A DNA stretch of 64,000 bases from a virus: IMG/VR virus record IMGVR_UViG_3300044712_000815, positions 32,001 through 96,000 of that record. The stretch is one strand, 5' to 3'. The notes under the pieces are model-generated. The model saw only the letters and a list, made by a program, of their open reading frames with translations. It was not told the DNA's origin and ran no database searches. Below, one piece after another: positions 56,784 to 64,000 of this stretch. The position numbers were made by a program, and so were the translations under genes. Within the stretch, counting starts at the first letter, position 1. Every line of letters begins with the position of its first letter.

Positions 56784-57554
56784 ATGAAAAAAGAATTTTA
56801 CGTACATAGTACCGATGATTTGGTAAATTTGGAAAATGATGCTGATATTTTAAAAACAAATTGGGTAAAAAGATTTGATGTTAAATACCCCGAATCGGTA
56901 ATATATCATGAAATATATAATAGGGAAGATTACTTTCAAGGTGATTGTATTATAAACCCTGGTGATATTGTAATTGATTGTGGTGGAAATGTAGGAATAT
57001 TTTCAGCATTGGCAATTGATATGGGTGCTTCACGTGTGCTATCATTTGAACCATTTCCAAATAATTTTGAATTAAATAAAAAGAACAATCCAAATGTCGA
57101 AGTTTTTAATTTTGCGGTATCCAACAAAAGTGGTGAAATTATCGAATTATTATATACACATACAGGCAATGGTGGGCATACTATAATGGAATCGGAAATC
57201 ATAAGAACACCAAATCATTTTCAACATAAAAATATTTTTGTAAAAACTATAACATTAGATGATATTATATCAGAAAATTTTATTGATCATGTTGATTTTT
57301 TAAAAATTGATACAGAAGGTGCAGAATTAAAAATTTTAGAAGGTTTGTCTGATAATAATTTAGATAAAATTAAAAGTATATCATTAGAATACCACCATAG
57401 TGTATTTAATTATGATGATAATATTTATAATAAATTTCAAGAAAGATTTATTAAACGTGGATTTAATGTATTTACTTGGATATTGGATAAATATACTAGG
57501 ATGGTTTATATAAATAAAGGTGATGTTTTCACATTAAATAAAAAACACATATAG
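56784..57554 (+). CDS. FkbM-family methyltransferase
   Basis: VIDCGGNVGIFS, SFEP, DFLKIDTEGAE, LEYH. Confidence 0.9.
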   Translation: MKKEFYVHSTDDLVNLENDADILKTNWVKRFDVKYPESVIYHEIYNREDYFQGDCIINPGDIVIDCGGNVGIFSALAIDMGASRVLSFEPFPNNFELNKKNNPNVEVFNFAVSNKSGEIIELLYTHTGNGGHTIMESEIIRTPNHFQHKNIFVKTITLDDIISENFIDHVDFLKIDTEGAELKILEGLSDNNLDKIKSISLEYHHSVFNYDDNIYNKFQERFIKRGFNVFTWILDKYTRMVYINKGDVFTLNKKHI

Positions 57555-57614
57555 ATTAGAAAACTTTTTATTTTTTTTTTCTTATAAAAATTATATTAAC
57601 GGAAAAAATATAAT

Positions 57615-57851
57615 ATGAAAACTATTGAAATTTACGAAAAAACCGAAACATCCAAATTACAAGAAATGTTAAAAACCTATGAACAATGTTTGGAAGAATC
57701 AGAATTAAAATTAGCTAGTATAAAATGTGGTATGAGTCTTTTTTTGTCTAATGAACGTGAAGAATTAAATAAAAAAATAATAGATTATGAAATAGATGTT
57801 AGTCTAATTCGAATGGAATTGAATAAAAGACTGTGGAAAGAAAAAGAATGA
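57615..57851 (+). CDS. Hypothetical coiled-coil protein
   Basis: AAAC-N18-TATA promoter upstream. Confidence 0.55.
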   Translation: MKTIEIYEKTETSKLQEMLKTYEQCLEESELKLASIKCGMSLFLSNEREELNKKIIDYEIDVSLIRMELNKRLWKEKE

Positions 57852-57907
57852 TAAATTATCATTCTTTTTTTATTTTATGGTGTTGTATTTTTTATATATA
57901 CGATATT

Positions 57908-59194
57908 ATGATATTTGATAATATTTGGTTTATAAACAAAGCAACGGAAATACACGGGAATAAATACGATTATTCCTTAGTTAATTATGTTAATTTACGA
58001 ACTAAAGTTAAAATAATTTGTCCTATTCATGGTGAATTTGAACAGACACCAGATAAACATTTTCGTAAACGGGGATGTCAAAAATGTGGTGGATCAAAAA
58101 AATTAACAACAGATGAATTTATAATAAAAGCTAAAAATATACATAATGATAAGTATGATTATTCTTTAGTTAATTATAATGATTCACACAATAAAGTTAA
58201 AATAATTTGTCCTATTCATGGTGAATTTGAACAATTATCATATGTTCATCTAAACGGAAATGGTTGTCCAAAATGTGGTTATGATAGAAATAATTTTGTT
58301 GAAAATGCTAAAAAAATATATGGAAATAAATTTGATTATTCCTTAGTTGATTATAAAAACACATACACGAAAGTAAAAATTATTTGTCCAATTCACGGTG
58401 AACTTGAACAATTCCCCCAATCACATTTAGATTATGGTTGTGTTTTGTGTAATAGAAAAAATGAATTTATACAAAATGCTAAATTAATACACAACGACAA
58501 ATATGATTATTCTTTAGTTGAATATTTTGATGAATATACTAACGTTAAAATAATTTGTCCAACCCATGGGGGATTTGATCAATTACCGAAATATCATATT
58601 CGAGGTAATGGTTGTAAAAAATGTTCAGATGATGTTAAACGATTAGATACTAATGAATTTATTATGAGAGCTAAAAAAATTCATGGTGATAAATATGATT
58701 ATTCGTTAGTATATTATGTTGGTGCATTTGATAAGGTTAAGATTATTTGTCCTATACATGGTGAATTTGAACAAAGAGCGTGTGAACATATAAACAATGA
58801 TCGTGGATGTCCATTTTGTAAAGAAAGTTTAGGTGAACGAGAAATTGCTAAATTTTTAACCGATTCTAATATTTTATATGTTCGACAAAAAAAGTTTAAA
58901 GATTGTATAAATATATTAGTATTACCATTTGATTTTTATTTACCTAAATATAATATATGTGTTGAATTTGATGGAATACAACATTATATCCCAATAAAGT
59001 ATTTTGGTGGGATTAAAAAATTGATATATACACAAAATAATGATAAAATTAAAACTGATTTTTGTATAAAAAATAATATTCAATTAATTAGAATTAAATA
59101 TGATGATGATATTTTACAAAAACTTGAAAATGAATTATCTAATATTAAAAATAAAAATATAATATATGGCAACACCACTTTTTCGGTCGTTTAA
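57908..59194 (+). CDS. Putative homing endonuclease: five Zn-binding (DUF723/CapR-like) repeats + Vsr/DUF559-type nuclease
   Basis: Repeats KYDYSLV.Y....KVKIICPIHGEFEQ...H...GCxxC; SLGE, LPFDFYL, VEFDGIQH, LIRIKY. Confidence 0.8.
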   Translation: MIFDNIWFINKATEIHGNKYDYSLVNYVNLRTKVKIICPIHGEFEQTPDKHFRKRGCQKCGGSKKLTTDEFIIKAKNIHNDKYDYSLVNYNDSHNKVKIICPIHGEFEQLSYVHLNGNGCPKCGYDRNNFVENAKKIYGNKFDYSLVDYKNTYTKVKIICPIHGELEQFPQSHLDYGCVLCNRKNEFIQNAKLIHNDKYDYSLVEYFDEYTNVKIICPTHGGFDQLPKYHIRGNGCKKCSDDVKRLDTNEFIMRAKKIHGDKYDYSLVYYVGAFDKVKIICPIHGEFEQRACEHINNDRGCPFCKESLGEREIAKFLTDSNILYVRQKKFKDCINILVLPFDFYLPKYNICVEFDGIQHYIPIKYFGGIKKLIYTQNNDKIKTDFCIKNNIQLIRIKYDDDILQKLENELSNIKNKNIIYGNTTFSVV

Positions 59195-61865
59195 AAATAG
59201 GGGGACCTCATTTTTTGCGTTTCCGAGTGCAGCTAGTGATTTAAATTTATCAAACTATAATGATATGTATAGTTTGAATTTCACTAAATTTGCATTATTA
59301 AATATTCCAAGACAAGTTGATGGATCACCAAATCCAATAGATGGGATTATGGATTTTTTACCAAAAAGTAATGAAGATGGTGTAGCACCATTTTATACTG
59401 ATGATCCAAATTATACAACACCAGTAAAATTGTCGGATCAATTAGTAGAATCATTAAGAAATTATGTTGCTAATTATGATACTTCTATACATGAAAGTAG
59501 ATTAACATCTAATTCAGATTTTTATAATATAAGTGAAAGATATACACCAACTGAACCAATTTTTTGGAAATGGTGTAGAAAATTAAACTTAATTGATTTT
59601 GAACCTGCTGTTCATAGGGTTGATTGGGAAAAAAATATGTCAGATTTTGATAATCCAAATGCATCAACTATAACAAATGTCGATTATTTTAGGAAATATT
59701 TATGGAAAGAAAGAGAAGTAATAGATTATCAAACAACATGGTTCGAAGAAAGTAATGATTATACGTATAATAGTGAAAGAACCCCATTATTTATAATAAA
59801 TGAAATTGCTAAATTTAAAAAAGGTGATGAAGTTATATTAAAAAGTAATACCGCTAATGATCAATCAAAATTGTCTAATGGTACAGAAATTGTAACATTT
59901 GGCGATATTTATACTATTGGAAAGATTGAATTTACAGGTAATACTACAAAAATTTGGTTAGATGTTAAATTTAATAGTGGTGGTGAAAATGATTTAAGCA
60001 CAACATATGTTTATTTAAATTATAATAGATTAATTCAATATGTTGGTGAAATTAATCAAATAACAAATATACAAACAGCAACTAGGGTTGGTCAAGAAGT
60101 AACAGCATATATACCACATCAAGGTGGTAGAACACCAACAGTTCTTTTTGGAATTAGAGACAACAATAATTATAAACCAAACTTAGAAATTCCTATTCTT
60201 GCTGATGAAATACAAACAGAAATTGTTGGTGCAGAAAGTTTAAATTCCCCAATAAGAACAAATCCACAAGATTATCCAGGATCATTTTATGGACAATTTG
60301 ATACTGCAAATAATACATATTTATGTTCAAATGGTGACCGTATGAGATATCAGGGTGATTATTATGGTGTAACATTAACAGATAATACGGGATTAAATGC
60401 TGAAGATTATATTGAAAAATTAACAGATTTTAATTCTGATAATATAGATGGTGTTTTTCTCGATGTGGATAAGAATCATTATTATAAAATGAAAATTCCT
60501 AATTTAAAATGTGATAATTTTGATGAATTTAGTTCAATTTCAATTAATGGAAAAGCACCAGATGATTTTGATTTTAATGCAATTTTGTGGTATTATGAAT
60601 TAGTTGAAAGAGATCAAAATAATAATTATCATTCGTATGTAAATCTATATGGTATCGAATTTTTAAATAATCCAGAAAATGATGATGACAATTATGGTAC
60701 ATTAATTACACCTTATCATAAATTAGTTACTAATGGTGAACATGACGGATTATCATATATGTTTAATTTAAATCTACATTATAATATTGATAATGATGTT
60801 CAACCAATGACATATGATCCTAGTACAATTTATAATATGTTTGGATTCGAAATGTATAATGAAATGATGAGAAGATTTTATCAGGTAAATGAAAATTTTG
60901 TTAATATCATATCGGAATTTGTTCGAATAAATATGGAAGTTCAGGAAATGAAAAGTTTAATTTATTCACAAACTAGTATGGATGATTTGAAATCTAGAAT
61001 GAAAAATATGGAAGAACTTTTAAAATTATATGCTACCAATCAATTTGTTGATTCTGATACCGCAAAAATTTCGGTTGATTATTCTGGTATTTATCCAAAA
61101 TTAAAAATGAATGTTGTGTCTGTTGAATATGATGAAATCAAAAATATAAGTTTAACTGATACATATAATTATAATTTTGCAAACACAGGATCATCATATC
61201 CAATTGCGATGTCATTTACAAGTAATATGTTACTGAACCTAATAAATGATAATTCTTTTAATCCAAGTGGCAATACTATTGTTATGTTGGATAGAGATCT
61301 TAAAAATAAGCAAAAATTAGATATAATAATTAAACCGGAATATGCACAATATGCACAAAGATTATATCTTAATATGATGTTTAAACAAAATAGTATATTA
61401 ACTGAAATAAATATTTTTGATGTAATATTACCAAAAGATTTAATATCATATAATATTGTAACACCTGAATTATCCACGTTTAATGATAGTTTCTATTTAA
61501 ATGAAAACATTTATGTTAATTGTACTGATGTTAGAACAGGATACACTTCATGTTCTACTGGTTATACTGAAATAATTTTAACTGAAGATTTATTCAGAAC
61601 GGGAAATACAATTTATGTACAAAATTTATATTTTAAAGCAACAGATGGAAGTATAATAGATTATAGTGGTGCGTATAATGTGGTAAGTAAAATTGGTATT
61701 ACATTAGCGATTAATTTACCAATTAGTGAAATTTGCGGTTATCAATTGGTTGGACAACCAAGGGTCAGTTTTTATCGAGGATTACAAATATCATTAATGA
61801 GAATAAGTGATGATGATTCGACAACATTTGCGCAACGTTATAATGTAACATATAAAATAATTTAA
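59166..61865 (+). CDS. Large virion structural protein (baseplate region)
   Basis: 899 aa; FTKFALLNIP, FWKW, FDFNAILWYY, NLYGI; lies upstream of the baseplate wedge. Confidence 0.6.
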   Translation: MATPLFRSFKNRGTSFFAFPSAASDLNLSNYNDMYSLNFTKFALLNIPRQVDGSPNPIDGIMDFLPKSNEDGVAPFYTDDPNYTTPVKLSDQLVESLRNYVANYDTSIHESRLTSNSDFYNISERYTPTEPIFWKWCRKLNLIDFEPAVHRVDWEKNMSDFDNPNASTITNVDYFRKYLWKEREVIDYQTTWFEESNDYTYNSERTPLFIINEIAKFKKGDEVILKSNTANDQSKLSNGTEIVTFGDIYTIGKIEFTGNTTKIWLDVKFNSGGENDLSTTYVYLNYNRLIQYVGEINQITNIQTATRVGQEVTAYIPHQGGRTPTVLFGIRDNNNYKPNLEIPILADEIQTEIVGAESLNSPIRTNPQDYPGSFYGQFDTANNTYLCSNGDRMRYQGDYYGVTLTDNTGLNAEDYIEKLTDFNSDNIDGVFLDVDKNHYYKMKIPNLKCDNFDEFSSISINGKAPDDFDFNAILWYYELVERDQNNNYHSYVNLYGIEFLNNPENDDDNYGTLITPYHKLVTNGEHDGLSYMFNLNLHYNIDNDVQPMTYDPSTIYNMFGFEMYNEMMRRFYQVNENFVNIISEFVRINMEVQEMKSLIYSQTSMDDLKSRMKNMEELLKLYATNQFVDSDTAKISVDYSGIYPKLKMNVVSVEYDEIKNISLTDTYNYNFANTGSSYPIAMSFTSNMLLNLINDNSFNPSGNTIVMLDRDLKNKQKLDIIIKPEYAQYAQRLYLNMMFKQNSILTEINIFDVILPKDLISYNIVTPELSTFNDSFYLNENIYVNCTDVRTGYTSCSTGYTEIILTEDLFRTGNTIYVQNLYFKATDGSIIDYSGAYNVVSKIGITLAINLPISEICGYQLVGQPRVSFYRGLQISLMRISDDDSTTFAQRYNVTYKII

Positions 61866-61866
61866 A

Positions 61867-62520
61867 TTGATGGATATATTAGTTGGTGATTTAGTAAATA
61901 AAATTAAAACTGTTTTTGATTCAACAAAGGTTCTTTCAGTTGAAAGTACTAATGAAAAAATAAATTCAGATGAATTAAGATTGGTAATATCTATGAATAA
62001 AATATTATATGATGATGTAAATATTATTTATACTAAAATACTATTTGTGATAGATAACAATAAAACAAAACTAACAAAAAATTATTTTTCATATTTATAT
62101 GACATTAATTGTGAATATATTAGAATAGATTTTAATGATTTGGATGATTTTTCAACAAAAATAACTAATATATTTAAAGAAAATAAATTTGGTGAAGATA
62201 TTAAAATTTTATCAAAGTTAATTAAATCACCATCAACATTAATTAATACTTGGTTTAAAGAAAATAAAATTACCGATTTGTCTGTAACTAATTTTGAAGT
62301 GGAAAAAATTCCAATTATGCCTTGTGATTTAATGGAATTTAAATTTATTATTGATTTAAATAATAATCAAAATGGAAAATTGAATATATCAAAAAAAGGA
62401 AAAAATAAATATGTATTTAAATTTGAATTTTTAGATAATATATATGAAGATGAAGAAAGTAATTTGAATCATTTAGTTGAAACGATAGGAAACAATTTAA
62501 AAAATAAACTTAAAATGTAA
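61867..62520 (+). CDS. Hypothetical protein
   Basis: Operon ORF. Confidence 0.6.
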   Translation: MMDILVGDLVNKIKTVFDSTKVLSVESTNEKINSDELRLVISMNKILYDDVNIIYTKILFVIDNNKTKLTKNYFSYLYDINCEYIRIDFNDLDDFSTKITNIFKENKFGEDIKILSKLIKSPSTLINTWFKENKITDLSVTNFEVEKIPIMPCDLMEFKFIIDLNNNQNGKLNISKKGKNKYVFKFEFLDNIYEDEESNLNHLVETIGNNLKNKLKM

Positions 62521-62521
62521 A

Positions 62522-63016
62522 ATGATTAAGCTTTTTGATAATTTTATACAAACTCAATTATTTTTTCATTCTAGTGAAACTAAGTTTGATAAATTTAATT
62601 TTTCATATGTTAATGGTGTTGGATTAAAATATGGATATGGTATTTATTTTTCAAAAGATCGTAATCATGCAAAAATTTATCATTCTAATTTTTTATATAC
62701 ATGCAAATTAAATACTAATAATTTTGTTGATTGGTCGGATTATATTTCTGATAATACATTAAAAAAAATAAAGCCGATTTTAAAAAAATTAGACATTAAA
62801 TTAAATAAATATGATAAGTGTTTTTCAACAATATATTTAAAAATAAAAAATAGAATATTGGACTTAAGATATCCTAATGATATTTATGATAATAATGCAG
62901 CTAAAGATACAACACAATTATTATTGAATGTTGGTATTAATGGAACATATTTCGAAAATGAATATTGTGTATTTGATCCAAATGATATTTTAATATTAAA
63001 AATTGAAAAAATTTAA
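62522..63016 (+). CDS. ADP-ribosyltransferase-like (ART-PolyVal-type) protein
   Basis: FHSSETKFDKF...YGYGIYFS...AKIY; GINGT...EYCVFDP; MIKLFDNF N-terminus. Confidence 0.6.
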   Translation: MIKLFDNFIQTQLFFHSSETKFDKFNFSYVNGVGLKYGYGIYFSKDRNHAKIYHSNFLYTCKLNTNNFVDWSDYISDNTLKKIKPILKKLDIKLNKYDKCFSTIYLKIKNRILDLRYPNDIYDNNAAKDTTQLLLNVGINGTYFENEYCVFDPNDILILKIEKI

Positions 63017-63035
63017 AAAATAAATTTAAAATGTA

Positions 63036-64000
63036 ATGGCAAGAAGTACAAAACTTAACAGGGTTTTTAATAGAATTGAATTAAATTATACAAATTTAAC
63101 AAATCAAGTAATAAATTGGTTGAGTTCTGCATATAATAAATCAAGTATTCTTTTTAATTCCGCATCACCATATGGTCAAATATTAGAAGTAGTTAAAGAA
63201 GTTTTTCTTCAAAACATATTATATTTGAAAAATGTTGTTAGACAATTGGACATTGATCAAACAGTTACACCAAAAATGATCAAAATGATTTCGAGGATAT
63301 CAGGACACAATCCATCAAGGGCAATGTCTGCAAAAGGTACACTTAAATTTAAACTTAAACAAGGTATAAATATTGATCAACTCGTTTCTGGTGGGCAAGT
63401 AATAATTTACGATAATACATTAGTAAAAAATAAAACAAATAGTTTATATTATTCAATAAAAATCGGAACAGATAAGAACTATTACCCTCTAACACCAGGT
63501 TGTCAATTTTTTGTAAATATTATACAAGGAAAATATGAAACACAAACGTTTACTGGTACAGGTAAATATTCCCAATCATTTCAAGTTTCAGTTAGTAATA
63601 ATGTAACAATTGATAATTTTGATTATCAGATTACATTAAATGGCATTAATTTAGAAATTAAAGATCATATTTATGATATGCTAGAAAATGAATATGCTTG
63701 TGTTACACGAACTGGGTTTAATGGAGATTTAGATATTTATTTTGGTAATGGCATAAATGGAATTATACCACCAATTGGTTCTATAATAAAAGTGACATAT
63801 TTATTATCTAATGGATTAATTGGAAATATTTTAAATAATAAAGTTAATGATTTTTATTTTATAGATGATATTTATGATAGTGATGGAAATATATTACAAC
63901 CATCAGCACTTTTTGATATTTTTGTGGAAACTGATATAAAATTTGCAAGTAATGGTGAAAGTGTAGAATACACAAAAAGTGTTGTTCCTTATGTATCAAG
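63036..64000 (+). CDS. Baseplate wedge subunit (gp6-like), runs off the window
   Basis: Hand translation MARSTKLNRVF...SRISGHNPSRAMSAKG...IYFGNGINGIIPPIGSIIKVTYLLSNG. Confidence 0.8.
   Translation, partial: MARSTKLNRVFNRIELNYTNLTNQVINWLSSAYNKSSILFNSASPYGQILEVVKEVFLQNILYLKNVVRQLDIDQTVTPKMIKMISRISGHNPSRAMSAKGTLKFKLKQGINIDQLVSGGQVIIYDNTLVKNKTNSLYYSIKIGTDKNYYPLTPGCQFFVNIIQGKYETQTFTGTGKYSQSFQVSVSNNVTIDNFDYQITLNGINLEIKDHIYDMLENEYACVTRTGFNGDLDIYFGNGINGIIPPIGSIIKVTYLLSNGLIGNILNNKVNDFYFIDDIYDSDGNILQPSALFDIFVETDIKFASNGESVEYTKSVVPYVS

Noticed and set aside
2246-61477. Many antisense or nested ORFs in the track (e.g. 4163-4630, 7093-7479, 31971-32225, 33919-34170, 34369-34566, 35593-35919, 38482-38862)
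   Set aside because: Shadow frames of well-supported genes or of coding repeats, with no independent signals.
1-64000. Stop-codon reassignment as in some Bacteroidota megaphages
   Set aside because: Core genes are full length in code 11, and TAG and TGA both terminate plausible genes.

Overview
A very AT-rich segment of a large T4-like (myovirus-type) jumbo phage in the standard genetic code. The host is most likely in Bacteroidota, judged from TAnnTTTG promoters, a T9SS-tagged CotH protein and Bacteroidota-type RNA sequences. Core genes: the head module (portal, prohead protease-scaffold fusion, major capsid protein, gp4- and gp2-like proteins), a gp15-like tail terminator, a gp55-like late sigma factor, clamp loader, RNase H-like exonuclease and the start of a gp6-like baseplate wedge. 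Accessory genes: PRPP synthetase, a LAGLIDADG-dUTPase fusion, an endonuclease-Mom fusion, Hsp20, RfaE2, a tmRNA with a 28-aa tag, a large glycosyltransferase/methyltransferase cluster, Thr-rich proteins, and about 20 small proteins with a shared capsid-targeting-like N-terminus, four of them ADP-ribosyltransferase-like. Three observations stand out. (1) At 1-494, upstream of a TROVE/Ro60-like vWA gene (DUF2828), there is an ncRNA cassette with three C(A/U)GCAA-bulge stems and a free-standing, structurally conserved copy of the 23S rRNA GTPase-associated centre (L11-binding H43-H44). (2) Several small genes are miniature paralogues of this phage's own portal and capsid proteins, possibly decoys. 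(3) A precisely spaced AAAC-N18-TATA promoter class recurs across the window. All protein calls come from motif recognition by eye; no database search was run.
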